From positions 22,797-86,796 of the forward strand of contig CANNGJ010000006.1 in NCBI GenBank assembly GCA_947504185.1: a stretch of 64,000 nt of DNA. Reading direction: 5' to 3'. Position numbers and translations under genes: made by a program. Source of the stretch: an uncultured Tenacibaculum sp. (GTDB lineage: Bacteria; Bacteroidota; Bacteroidia; Flavobacteriales; Flavobacteriaceae). Below the pieces are notes generated by a model. The model was not told the DNA's origin and did no database searches. It was given only the letters and a program-made list of their open reading frames with translations. Shown here one piece after another: positions 29,483 through 40,003 of this stretch (positions within the stretch are counted from its first letter, which is position 1; the number at the start of each line of letters is the position of its first letter).

Positions 29483-31111
29483 ATGGATCTTAACTTCAAC
29501 AAAAACGAAGACCACAATAAACTTTTAGCTTCGGATTTACGCAGACGCTTCGCCAAAGTAAAATTAGGTGGAGGACAAAAACGTATAGACAAACATCACG
29601 AAAAAGGAAAACTTACTGCTAGAGAACGTATTGACTATCTTTTAGATGACAATTCTAAATCAATTGAAATTGGTGCTTTTGCCGGTGAAGATATGTATAA
29701 AGAACATGGCGGTTGTCCTTCTGGTGGTGTAGTCGTGAAAATCGGGTATGTTAGCGGAAAGCAATGTATTGTTGTTGCTAATGATGCAACAGTAAAAGCT
29801 GGTGCTTGGTTTCCTATTACAGGAAAAAAGAACTTAAGAGCTCAAGAAATTTCTATAGAAAATAGATTACCAATTATTTATTTGGTTGATTCTGCTGGAG
29901 TATATCTTCCTATGCAAGATGAAATTTTTCCTGACAAAGAACACTTCGGCCGAATTTTCAGAAATAATGCGGTAATGAGCAGTATGGGTATCACTCAAAT
30001 TTCAGCAGTTATGGGTAGCTGTGTTGCTGGAGGTGCTTATTTACCTATTATGAGCGATGAAGCTTTAATTGTTGATAAAACAGGAAGTATTTTCTTAGCT
30101 GGAAGCTATTTAGTAAAAGCTGCTATTGGAGAATCTATCGATAACGAAACTTTAGGTGGCGCAACCACCCATTGTGAAATTTCTGGGGTTACAGATTATA
30201 AATCTAAAGATGATAAAGACGCTTTAGATACCATTAAAAATTTAATGGATAAAATTGGGGACTACGACAAGGCCGGTTATAGCCGTAAAGAAGCTTTTCC
30301 TCCAAAAGAAAATGAACAGGATATTTTTGGCATTCTTCCAAAAGAAAGAAATGCTCAATATGATATGTTAGAAATTATTAATCGTTTGGTTGATAATTCT
30401 GACTTCGAACAATACAAAGATGGCTACGGAAAAACCATTATTACTGGTTACGGACGTATAGATGGATGGGCTGTAGGTATTGTTGCTAATCAACGAAAAT
30501 TAGTAAAAACAAAAAAAGGAGAAATGCAATTTGGTGGAGTTATCTATAACGATTCTGCTGATAAAGCAACTCGTTTTATCGCCAATTGCAATCAGAAAAA
30601 AATTCCATTAGTTTTCTTACAAGATGTTACTGGTTTTATGGTTGGATCTAAATCTGAACACGGAGGGATTATAAAAGACGGAGCAAAAATGGTAAACGCT
30701 GTTTCTAACTCTGTTGTACCAAAATTTACCATCGTTATTGGTAACTCTTACGGCGCTGGAAACTATGCTATGTGTGGTAAAGCTTACGACCCTAGACTAA
30801 TTGCTGCATGGCCAAGTGCAGAATTAGCAGTAATGAGTGGAAACTCAGCAGCAAAAGTATTATTACAAATAGAAACTGCATCACTTAAAAAACGAGGAGA
30901 AGAAATTACTCCTGAAAAAGAAGCTGAGTTATTCCACAAGATAAAATCACGTTACGATAATCAAATTTCGCCTTATTATGCAGCAGCAAGAATTTGGACT
31001 GATGGAGTTATCAATCCACTAGATACACGAACTTGGATTTCTATGGGAATTGAAGCTGCGAATCATGCTCCTATTGAAAAGAAATTTAATCTAGGTGTTA
31101 TTCAAGTATAA
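29483..31111 (+). CDS. acyl-CoA carboxylase carboxyltransferase (beta) subunit, methylcrotonoyl-CoA carboxylase-like
   Basis: 542 aa. VVANDATVKAGAWFP, SAVMGSCVAGGAYLP, QDVTGFMVG and GAGNYAMCG are carboxyl_trans motifs. Confidence 0.9.
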   Translation: MDLNFNKNEDHNKLLASDLRRRFAKVKLGGGQKRIDKHHEKGKLTARERIDYLLDDNSKSIEIGAFAGEDMYKEHGGCPSGGVVVKIGYVSGKQCIVVANDATVKAGAWFPITGKKNLRAQEISIENRLPIIYLVDSAGVYLPMQDEIFPDKEHFGRIFRNNAVMSSMGITQISAVMGSCVAGGAYLPIMSDEALIVDKTGSIFLAGSYLVKAAIGESIDNETLGGATTHCEISGVTDYKSKDDKDALDTIKNLMDKIGDYDKAGYSRKEAFPPKENEQDIFGILPKERNAQYDMLEIINRLVDNSDFEQYKDGYGKTIITGYGRIDGWAVGIVANQRKLVKTKKGEMQFGGVIYNDSADKATRFIANCNQKKIPLVFLQDVTGFMVGSKSEHGGIIKDGAKMVNAVSNSVVPKFTIVIGNSYGAGNYAMCGKAYDPRLIAAWPSAELAVMSGNSAAKVLLQIETASLKKRGEEITPEKEAELFHKIKSRYDNQISPYYAAARIWTDGVINPLDTRTWISMGIEAANHAPIEKKFNLGVIQV

Positions 31112-31134
31112 ATACAACAACAGCATCTTTAGCA

Positions 31135-33125
31135 ATGAATAAAAAAATTATATGGGCAGTAGTTATCGCCCTTTTAGGATTTATTCTTTACCAAGCCTAT
31201 ATTTTTACATTAGCGGATGAAGACAATATCAATCCTATTTACCTCATACCTAAAGATGCTGCTATTGTTTTAGAAACTGAAAGACCCATTGACACTTGGG
31301 ATGAAGTAAGTTCTAGTCCTATTTGGAAACATTTTCAAACAAATTTGTACTTTAAAGAGGTTACTAAAAATCTTGATGGCTTCAATAAACTTTTTAAAGA
31401 TCAAAAAGATGTTATTGATTTTATTGGTGAACGTGATTTATTAATCTCTATTCACTCTTATAAACCTAAAAAATACGGTTTACTCTACATCGCCGATCTT
31501 CAAAAACTATCAAAACTTCGCTTTTTAAAAAGTGCTATCCAAAAATTGACCGATGATAGCTTTAAAGTTACCCAAAGGCAATATAATAATCATGAAATTA
31601 TAGAGCTTTACAATAAAAAGAATCGTGAAACACTCTATTTATCTTTTATAAAAAATCAACTAGTTGCTTCTTATACTCATATATTAGTTGAACAATCTAT
31701 AGATCAATACACAACACCTGTTATTGGCAGAGACCTTAATTTTGTTGAGATTAAAAAAGAAACAGATACTGATGGCTTTTTTAATGTATATGTACAATAT
31801 AAATATCTCGATAAGTATTTGGCTTGCTTTACAAATTCGAGTAATCTTAAAAATTTTAGCGAAGCTAAGAAAGCATTATTCTATTCTGGTTTTGACATCT
31901 CAATTATAGAAGGAGTAAGCTTGCAAGCTATTGGCTACACGAACGTGAACCAAACATCGCAAAGTTTTTTAAATGCTATTCAAAAATCAGGAAAAGGAAA
32001 ACGTAACATTGCTAAAATTGCACCAAGAAACACTTCTTTATATCTGAGTTTTGCTTTTGAAAATTTTGAAGAATTCCACAACAATTTAGAAACTTTAGAA
32101 AAAAAAATCCAAGTACTTTTAAAATATATACTAATCAAATTAAGAGTATAGAGGATCAGTTAGATATTAATATTCAAAAACATATTTATAGCTGGGTTGG
32201 TAACGAGATAGGATTACTACATTTTAATTCCGATCTTTCAAAAAATAAAAAAGACGTCGCTGCTGTAATAAAAGCAGATGATATTGAGGATGCTAAAAAA
32301 AACCTTGATTTTATTCTTTCAAAAATTAAAGAAAATACTCCTTTAAAATTTAAGCAAATTAATTATCAAGGTTATCCAATTCATTTTTTTGATTTAAAAG
32401 GATTTTTTAAAATGTTAGCTGGCAACACTTTTGCCAAAATGGAAAAACCATATTTCACGATTATTGATGATTTTGTGGTATTCAGTACAAGCCCAAACAG
32501 TTTAAAAGAAATTATTAACAATCATTTAGCTGGCTATACATTATCAAAATCTGAAAGATTCGAAGAATTTAATTATTATTTTGAAACTAAATCAAGTGTT
32601 TTTGCGTATGCCGAGACAGCTAATTCATACAATGATTTATTAAGCTTGTTAGACACAAAAACAAAACAACAGTTAAGAAGTAATAAAAGCTATTTCAATT
32701 CTTTTTCTCAAGTAGGAGTTCAACTTATTTCAACTGGAGATTTATTTAAAAGTAACCTTACACTATCTTATCAATCTCCTGAAGAATTATCGATTTATCA
32801 AGAAAAAGAAATGGAATTAAAAGAAGAGTTATACAAAAAACTGATTCCAGAAAAAGATACTATTATTAAAGAAACTTCGGAAACGGTTTTTAAAATCGAA
32901 CCTATTCACCCATCAGATTTAAGTGCTAAAGAATACAAAGAATTTTACAACAACAAGCTACTGAAATTTGAAGTAGAATTAGACGACGGCACTTTAGATG
33001 GTGATTTTAAACTGTATTACCCTACAGGCATACTAAAAATAAAAGGACAGTTTAAAAAAGGAAAACAGTCGGGTACTTGGCGTGCTTATAAAAAAGGTAA
33101 AGTTATTTTCAAAAAACGTTTTTAA
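31135..33125 (+). pseudogene. DUF3352-like envelope protein with C-terminal MORN/YwqK-like repeat; frame broken at an A9 run (or decoded by slippage)
   Basis: Frame 1 (31135-32151) reads ...NLETLEKK then junk. The -1 frame is open from 32100 to 33125 and reads KKNPSTFKIYTNQIKSIEDQLDINIQKHIYSWVGNEIGLLHF... The track shows only its 32412-33125 part. Confidence 0.7.
32099..32107 (+). repeat. A9 homopolymer, an in-phase A_AAA_AAA heptamer at the frame break
   Basis: Frame-1 codons are GAA AAA AAA ATC. The -1 frame reads AAA AAA AAT CCA. Confidence 0.95.
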
Positions 33126-33254
33126 TTAATTCTAGCGAATTTTAATTGAATTCAAATAAAATAATATTAAACTCAATAATCACATAAGTAAACCTTACTT
33201 TCCATGCCCTTTATTTTATTTTAAATTATATTTGAGTATATTCTACTAAAAAAA

Positions 33255-35126
33255 ATGAAGAGAAAACTTGTTCTTATTTTCTTACTTCTTATATCTACCT
33301 ACAGTTCCTCTCAAACTTTAGATCAGTTTAAAAAAAAGGCAGATCACTCACAAAATATAGAAGAAAAGGTAGATGCCCTAATTGAGATTGTTGATTATTT
33401 TTCGAAAAAAAATATCGACAGCGCTTTATTTTACTCCGAAAAAGCAATCACACTTTCTAAAAAACACAAAAAAGACACCTTACTAACCAAAGCTCTCATG
33501 CGTAAAGGTTTATACGCTGCCTACAAAGGAGACCTAGAAAAAAGTCAAGCTATTTTAAACAATAACTTAACAAGACCTATAGACTCTATCTCTTTAGCTT
33601 TAAACTACATGTACATAGGTACATCAAATAAAATTCAAAAAAAGTTCGACAAAGCTATTGAAAACTACTTAAAGGCAATTTATATCTATGAAAAGTTAGA
33701 TAGAAAAGAGAAATTAGCTATGGTATACACAAATATAGCAATAACCAATGCTCAAACTAGAAACTATAAAAATGCAGAACTATATTTTAACAAAGCATTA
33801 CTCAATGTACAAAACAATATAGGATTAGAAATGTCTTTAAACATGAATTTATCTAGTTTAAACCTAGACACTAAAAACTATAATAAGAGCCTTAATTATT
33901 CAAAAAAAGCTGAATTACTAGCTAAAAAAATTGGTTCTAAAAAACATCTATCTGTTATCTATACAAATCTTAGTAATTTATTTGGTCGTGACGATTATAA
34001 AGGTAAAGATTTAAACAAAGCCATAGAATATGGTAAACGATCATTAAAACTAAAAAAAGAGTTTGGAAATAAAGCCAAGTTACCTTACAGCTATGCAACA
34101 TTAGCAAATGCTTATTATGAAAACAAAAATTACGATAAAGCTATTTTTTATCTTGAAGAAGGGCTTGTGCACGCAAAAGGAGCCATAAAAAAAAGTATTC
34201 TAATTCTTTTACAAAAAGCTTATACAATTAATAACAATACTAAAAAAGCCTTATACTTTACTGATGAATACGTGAATTTAACTGATTCATTAGCAAAAAG
34301 AAAACAAGAAGAAAAAGTTGCAGAAATTATAGTAAAACATGAATCAGCTAAAAAACAGCAACAAATAAACTTATTAAACATTAAAAACTCACTACAAAAA
34401 AGTAGAATAAAAAACAAAGACAACCTTCTAATTGGCGGCGGGCTAACCATTTTATTTTTAAGTCTAGTTTTGTATTTATGGTATCTAAATCAAAAAACTA
34501 AACAAGAATTACAACAAGCATCTCTTAAACATAAACTATTGCAAATACAATTAAATCCTCATTTTTTATTTCATTCTTTAAATAGTATTCAATCTTATAT
34601 TTATCAAAATAAAAAAGAGGAATCTATTGAGTATTTATCAAGCTATATTAAATTAATGCGTTCTATTTTTGAAAGTGCTTCTGAAGATTTTATTAGTATT
34701 CAACAAGACGTTCAAACCATTAGAGAGTATCTTAATTTACAAAAACTAAATTTCGAAAAATCAGTAGATTTTTCTGTGAAGTCTGATGATCAAATTTCAC
34801 AATATCAAATCCCCCCTATGCTAGTTCAACCTTACGTTGAAAATGCTATTCAACATGGTATAAAAAATATAAAACACGGTGAAATAAAAATAAACTATTC
34901 TGATAAAAATGAACAAATTTCAGTAACTATTTTTGATAATGGAATGGGATATTACAACAATACTTCTAATAACAAACTACATAAAATCTCTAGTTCTGAA
35001 GTAATTGAACAGCGAATTCAAAATATTGAAAAAACACATCAATTTAATATTAATAGAATTGTTACAACCAATAAAAATGGTACACAAGTAACTCTTACTT
35101 TTCCAAAAAAAATACACGATTTATGA
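33255..35126 (+). CDS. TPR-repeat sensor histidine kinase (His_kinase/LytS type)
   Basis: Signal peptide, about 300 aa of TPR-like repeats, one TM helix (LLIGGGLTILFLSLVLYLWYL), then LQIQLNPHFLFHSLNSIQ and the ATPase segments PPMLVQPYVENAIQHG and FDNGMG. Confidence 0.85.
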   Translation: MKRKLVLIFLLLISTYSSSQTLDQFKKKADHSQNIEEKVDALIEIVDYFSKKNIDSALFYSEKAITLSKKHKKDTLLTKALMRKGLYAAYKGDLEKSQAILNNNLTRPIDSISLALNYMYIGTSNKIQKKFDKAIENYLKAIYIYEKLDRKEKLAMVYTNIAITNAQTRNYKNAELYFNKALLNVQNNIGLEMSLNMNLSSLNLDTKNYNKSLNYSKKAELLAKKIGSKKHLSVIYTNLSNLFGRDDYKGKDLNKAIEYGKRSLKLKKEFGNKAKLPYSYATLANAYYENKNYDKAIFYLEEGLVHAKGAIKKSILILLQKAYTINNNTKKALYFTDEYVNLTDSLAKRKQEEKVAEIIVKHESAKKQQQINLLNIKNSLQKSRIKNKDNLLIGGGLTILFLSLVLYLWYLNQKTKQELQQASLKHKLLQIQLNPHFLFHSLNSIQSYIYQNKKEESIEYLSSYIKLMRSIFESASEDFISIQQDVQTIREYLNLQKLNFEKSVDFSVKSDDQISQYQIPPMLVQPYVENAIQHGIKNIKHGEIKINYSDKNEQISVTIFDNGMGYYNNTSNNKLHKISSSEVIEQRIQNIEKTHQFNINRIVTTNKNGTQVTLTFPKKIHDL

Positions 35127-35857
35127 TTTCTTACGCCATTATAGAAGACGATAAAAACACCGTATCGATGTTGGAAAGTATTATTAGTGAAAATTTCAGC
35201 TCACTTTCTAATCTCGGAAATGCTTCCTCTATTAAAGAAGGAATAGATTTAATTCAAACTACAAACCCTGACTTTATTTTTTTAGATGTAAATCTTGAAG
35301 ATGGTAAAAGCTTTGAAATTTTAGAAAAACTTCCTAACCCTACTTTTAAGATTATTTTTATCACCTCATACAGTAAATATGCTATTGAAGCTTTTAAATT
35401 CAGTGCTTTAGATTTTGTATTAAAACCATTTACTCCTTCTGAAATTACTAATGCTATCAATAAAGTAATAGAACAACAAAATCATGAAGATTATAATCAA
35501 AAAATAACCACCTTTTTTCACAACTATACTTCTTCGCAAAAGAAAATCGTTTTATCAAATGTAGATAGCATTCATTTAGTCTTAATAGAAAACATTTTAT
35601 ACGCTAAATCAGACAATAGCTACACTACTTTCTACATAACAGACGGAAGAGAAATTTTAGTATCAAAATCTTTAAAGTCATTTGACGATAAGCTTTCTCC
35701 ATATTTTTTCTTTAGAATACATCAAAAATATCTCATAAACCTACATCAGATAAAAAAGTACGATAAACGTAATGATAAAATTGTATTATTAAACGATGTT
35801 TCCTTACCCGTGTCACAAGGAAAGAAAAGGCAATTACTTCAAGTCTTAAAAGAGTAA
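35123..35857 (+). CDS. LytTR-family response regulator
   Basis: Receiver domain (PDFIFLDVNLEDG, FVLKPF) plus a LytTR DNA-binding domain (FFRIHQKYLINL). 4-nt overlap with the kinase gene. Confidence 0.9.
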   Translation: MISYAIIEDDKNTVSMLESIISENFSSLSNLGNASSIKEGIDLIQTTNPDFIFLDVNLEDGKSFEILEKLPNPTFKIIFITSYSKYAIEAFKFSALDFVLKPFTPSEITNAINKVIEQQNHEDYNQKITTFFHNYTSSQKKIVLSNVDSIHLVLIENILYAKSDNSYTTFYITDGREILVSKSLKSFDDKLSPYFFFRIHQKYLINLHQIKKYDKRNDKIVLLNDVSLPVSQGKKRQLLQVLKE

Positions 35858-35981
35858 TTTCTTTCAATCTCTAAAAAGAAACAATAAAACTCAAAGAAAT
35901 AATAATCATACTCATTTTTTGGAATTTTCTAATGATTAATACCCTTATTTTTAAGTGTATTAATCTTAAAAATAAAAAATT

Positions 35982-36329
35982 ATGAAAAAAGTAAATCTAA
36001 TTTTATGTATAATTTTATTCACAGTTTCAATCATTTCTTGTTCAAGCGATGATAATGAAGCACCAACCTCAAATCAATTTCAAGGAACATGGGTAGGAAC
36101 ATTTTCTGGTAATGACGATAGTGGAACATGGAATGTTACTGTTTCAGAAACAGGTACTAAAAATGGCACAATGTATTCTACTGCTTTTACCAGTAGCTAT
36201 ACAGTAATAGGAAGTGTTAGTGCTAGCGGAGATTTTTCAGCTACAGCTGGAGCAACGTCAGGAGGAGCTGAATTTGTCGGTAAATTAACAGGAAATCAGG
36301 GTGAAGGCACATGGAAAACACTAGTTTAA
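35982..36329 (+). CDS. small lipoprotein with repeated GTW motifs
   Basis: Lipobox VSIISCSS. Motifs QGTWVGTF, SGTWNVTV and EGTWK. Confidence 0.55.
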   Translation: MKKVNLILCIILFTVSIISCSSDDNEAPTSNQFQGTWVGTFSGNDDSGTWNVTVSETGTKNGTMYSTAFTSSYTVIGSVSASGDFSATAGATSGGAEFVGKLTGNQGEGTWKTLV

Positions 36330-36493
36330 ACTATAATGGCACCTGGAAAGGAGATAGAAAATAATTAAATTCAAGAATTTACTCTTTGTAATTCATTAAA
36401 AGCCTCCTTAAATTCATCATAACCACCTAATTTCTTAAAACATGGTAGTTTTTTTGGAGTATATTTAATAATCAGAACTTAATATTTACAGTT

Positions 36494-37666
36494 ATGAAAT
36501 TAGCTAAAAACTTATTTATTTTAATTGGATTTCTATTTGCTTTTACTCCAAACATTCAAGCTCAATTTTGGAAAAAAATAAAAAAAGCTGCTGAAGATGC
36601 CGTAGTAAAAGAAACAAAAAAAGAAATAGAAAAAACTATTGGAGGTACAAACTCTGATGAAGATATAGATGAAAAAATAAATACTAACTCATCAAACTTA
36701 TGGCGTAACTTTAAATTTATACCAGGTGAAAATGTAATATTTTTTGATGACTTAAAAAACGAAGAAGTTGGAGAGTTTCCATCTCGATGGGATTTAATCA
36801 AAGGAAAAGCAGAAATCGCTCAACTAGATAATGAAAAAGTAATTATTCTAAGTGCAGAGTACAATAATATAATTACACCTCTTTTTAAAACTACTGATTA
36901 TCTTGGTGATGAGTTTACTATTGAATATGATATTCTAATTCCTAATTTTAGGCAAGAAAAAATATGGCATATAAAAAGTGATGTTTACCTAAATTCAAGA
37001 CTACAAAAAGATATTCATATGGAATTTAGTAAACAAAGTGATAAAATTAGTGGCTGGGCTTCAAGTAGTAAGTTTAAAATAGAGAGCATAAACATAGGTG
37101 CTCAAAACGCATGGCATCACGTTGCTATCTCTTACTACAAAGGAAAGTTAAAAGTATATTATGATGCAAAACGAATTGCAAACATACCTAGGTTTGATGG
37201 TAACCCTCAAGCCTTTGCCTTAAACTTATTATGTTATTACAACGGTAAAGGAACACACCCACATATGGCAGTAAAAAATATAAGGATTGCACATGGAGGT
37301 GGAAGTCCGTATGATAGAATTATTGCTGATGGAGAATATGTCACTAACGGAATTATTTTCGATAGCGGAAAAACAGAAATTAAAAAGCCATCATTAGGGA
37401 TTATTAATAAAATTGTAAAAATTTTAAAAGATAATTCTGATTGGAAATTTGATATTATTGGTCATACAGATAATGACGGTACCAATGAAAGCAACTTAAA
37501 ATTATCCTCAGATAGAGCTGAAGCCGTTAAAAAAGCTATTGTTGCTCAAGGTATAAAATCAGAAAGGCTTACTGTTGTAGGAAAAGGTGAAAGTGAACCT
37601 TTAAACACGAATGCGAACTCAGAAGAAAAAGCAAACAATCGTCGTGTAGCTTTTGTTAAAAAATAA
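36494..37666 (+). CDS. OmpA-family protein with N-terminal jelly-roll (LamG-like) domain
   Basis: Signal peptide. C-terminal OmpA_C domain (IIGHTDNDGTNESNLKLSSDRAEAVKKAIV...NRRVAFV). Confidence 0.85.
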   Translation: MKLAKNLFILIGFLFAFTPNIQAQFWKKIKKAAEDAVVKETKKEIEKTIGGTNSDEDIDEKINTNSSNLWRNFKFIPGENVIFFDDLKNEEVGEFPSRWDLIKGKAEIAQLDNEKVIILSAEYNNIITPLFKTTDYLGDEFTIEYDILIPNFRQEKIWHIKSDVYLNSRLQKDIHMEFSKQSDKISGWASSSKFKIESINIGAQNAWHHVAISYYKGKLKVYYDAKRIANIPRFDGNPQAFALNLLCYYNGKGTHPHMAVKNIRIAHGGGSPYDRIIADGEYVTNGIIFDSGKTEIKKPSLGIINKIVKILKDNSDWKFDIIGHTDNDGTNESNLKLSSDRAEAVKKAIVAQGIKSERLTVVGKGESEPLNTNANSEEKANNRRVAFVKK

Positions 37667-38114
37667 ATATTATATAATTATTTGGATCGGGGGGATCCTT
37701 CTGTTTGGGTTTTGCGCTTTATGTAAAACCCAAACTATTAAAACTTATTCCAATTATTTACCTGAATGTAAAAATATTACAGTTAAAGAGCTATGGCAAC
37801 TAAAAGAGTTAAATGAAAACTGCTATAATATAAAAGGATTTATTAGCGCTATGCAAGTTTGCCCTCCATGTCCTAAAGGAGCACTTTGTAAACCTTGTCC
37901 CCCGGATGCCATTTTTTTAACCGATAGTTTACAGGAAAAATTTAAATATGCTTTAAAATTAAATGTACATTTTGGCAAAACCAAACAGTTTAAAGTTGGC
38001 GATTATGGTGTTTACTCTTTTTTATCTTTATCATCAAAAGTAAAGATTGATCAAAATCTAACTAGTTACCACTATCGCTTATTAGGTTATGATACATATA
38101 AAAAACAACCTTAA
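37653..38114 (+). CDS. hypothetical membrane-anchored protein with a CPPCPKGALCKPCPP motif
   Basis: ORF with a TTG start, which is uncertain. One N-terminal hydrophobic helix. No family recognised. Confidence 0.4.
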   Translation: MLKNKYYIIIWIGGILLFGFCALCKTQTIKTYSNYLPECKNITVKELWQLKELNENCYNIKGFISAMQVCPPCPKGALCKPCPPDAIFLTDSLQEKFKYALKLNVHFGKTKQFKVGDYGVYSFLSLSSKVKIDQNLTSYHYRLLGYDTYKKQP

Positions 38115-38779
38115 TGGAATTTTACAAACCTGTTTTTTGGAGTATTATAATTATAAGTTTACTATTACTTATCTACGGATTATTTATTTCAAAAAAAGAA
38201 AAAAGGACTTCTTTTTTAAGTAAAGCATTGTATTTTCCACTAGGGTTTTTAACAGTCGTTTTACTAACACCTTCAATTACTTTTTTGCTAACAATGAACG
38301 TAACAAATTTTGAAGGTACTCGAGGCTATGCATATATGTATGGTTTACCAGTAGTTATTATTGGATTATTATTAGGATGGCTCATTATTCATCTATTATT
38401 TAAAAAGGGTAAAAACTATTTTAAGATTATTACAAGTGTTTTTGGGTTAATGACAGTCGCTTTAATATGTACTTATACATATTTACATTTTCAAGATAAA
38501 AAAGAGCGGTTAGAATATCAGCGAAACGCACATTCTTGTCAAAAACAATTTAAAGATGGTTACAGAGGCTTTGTTATTGATACAGTTTACGGGAGTGTAA
38601 AAGTTAGAAAAATGGATTCAACCTACACTGAATTTCGGTATAGATTTGGTGATAAAAAATTGATAAAAAAATATTTTTATAGAGGTCAAAAAATAAATAA
38701 AGTTCCAAACTACGAAAAGTTTAAAGTCCTGTTAAGAAATGGTACTACAAAAGAGTTTTTAATTCCTTGTTACAAATAA
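38114..38779 (+). CDS. hypothetical integral membrane protein
   Basis: Four hydrophobic helices followed by a basic soluble tail. TAATG stop/start overlap with the upstream ORF. Confidence 0.5.
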   Translation: MEFYKPVFWSIIIISLLLLIYGLFISKKEKRTSFLSKALYFPLGFLTVVLLTPSITFLLTMNVTNFEGTRGYAYMYGLPVVIIGLLLGWLIIHLLFKKGKNYFKIITSVFGLMTVALICTYTYLHFQDKKERLEYQRNAHSCQKQFKDGYRGFVIDTVYGSVKVRKMDSTYTEFRYRFGDKKLIKKYFYRGQKINKVPNYEKFKVLLRNGTTKEFLIPCYK

Positions 38780-38785
38780 CTTGCT

Positions 38786-39091
38786 ATGAAAAAAACCTTT
38801 TCTATGAAGGGTTTAAGAACGTTTTAATTGAAAGAATTCGTAAGCGCTTCCCTTTTTTAGAAGAAGATGGTAGAGTAATTAACCAATATATCTGCGAAAG
38901 TTAATAATGCTACAAATACTACAGAAATAGATCTTTGGTCTGGGGGAATCAACCTAATAAGCAATGAAGTAGAAAACTGTTATGAAATGCAGAAATATGA
39001 CATGGACAGAAGTAATTCTTTAGAAATTGGTGCACATTTTTATGAATTAAAAAAATACATCAAACCTAATAAGTATTTTATTTTTGAATAA
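38786..39091 (+). pseudogene. possible decayed gene remnant
   Basis: Three consecutive open stretches in different frames: MKKTFSMKGLRTF*, ERIRKRFPFLEEDGRVINQYICES*, and a 70-codon stretch with no 5'-proximal start, LTNISAKVNNATNTTEIDLWSGG...YELKKYIKPNKYFIFE*. Confidence 0.25.
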
Positions 39092-39155
39092 TTGAAAAAT
39101 TGCAAATCCACTCGGGAAGTTTTACATTTGCTCCATATCAAAATTAAAACAAAAA

Positions 39156-39872
39156 ATGGGTAGAGCATTCGAATTTAGGAAAGCAAGAAAAATGAAGCGT
39201 TGGTCGGCAATGGCAAAAACATTTACCAGAATTGGTAAAGACATTGTTATGGCGGTTAAAGAAGGCGGACCTAATCCAGAAACAAACTCTCGTTTAAGAG
39301 CTGTAATACAGAATGCTAAGGCAGCAAATATGCCTAAAGATAATGTTGCACGTGCTATTAAAAAAGCAACCGACAAGGACACTGCCAACTATAAAGAAAC
39401 TTTATTTGAAGGATATGCACCTCATGGAATTGCAGTCGTTGTAGAAACTGCAACTGATAACAACAACAGAACCGTTGCTAATATTCGTGCAGCCTTTAAC
39501 AAATGTGATGGGAATTTAGGAACTTCGGGTTCAGTAGTATTTATGTTCGACCATGTTTGTAACTTTAGAATTAATGAAGAAACTCTAAAAATGGACATAG
39601 AAGAGTTTGAGTTAGAAATGATTGAGTTTGAAGTAGAAGAAGTTTTTAAAGACGAAGATGGTATTTTAATTTACGCTCCTTTTGAGCAAAATGGTTCTAT
39701 TCAAAAATATTTAGAAGATAATAATATTGATATTTTATCTTCTGAATTTGAAAGAATTCCTACTACAACCACAAAACTTTCTGAAGAGCAAAAAGCTGAC
39801 GTTGATAAGCTTTTAGAAAAATTAGAAGAAGATGATGACGTTAATACCGTTTACCATTCTATGGAGGAGTAA
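39156..39872 (+). CDS. yebC: YebC/PmpR-family DNA-binding regulator
   Basis: MGRAFEFRKARKMKRWSAMAKTFTRIGKDI...NSRLRAVIQNAKAANMPKDN is the family signature. Confidence 0.9.
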   Translation: MGRAFEFRKARKMKRWSAMAKTFTRIGKDIVMAVKEGGPNPETNSRLRAVIQNAKAANMPKDNVARAIKKATDKDTANYKETLFEGYAPHGIAVVVETATDNNNRTVANIRAAFNKCDGNLGTSGSVVFMFDHVCNFRINEETLKMDIEEFELEMIEFEVEEVFKDEDGILIYAPFEQNGSIQKYLEDNNIDILSSEFERIPTTTTKLSEEQKADVDKLLEKLEEDDDVNTVYHSMEE

Positions 39873-39897
39873 TTACTTTAATGCTTAACAATATATA

Positions 39898-39932
39898 ATA
39901 GCCGAAACATTTGTTTTTGGCTATTTTTTTTA
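39898..39932 (+). terminator. intrinsic terminator after yebC
   Basis: ATAGCCGAAACA-TTT-TGTTTTTGGCTAT followed by T8. Confidence 0.75.
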
Positions 39933-40003
39933 TTTAATAATGTAAGTTTTTTTATTTTTTAAGACTATCAAAAGAACCCCAACTAACTAAATACCTTTAC
40001 ATT

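Noticed and set aside
39122-39388. 88-aa minus-strand ORF overlapping the 5' end of yebC
   Set aside because: The plus-strand frame carries the canonical YebC N-terminus. The minus frame is an Ala/Leu-rich mirror artefact.
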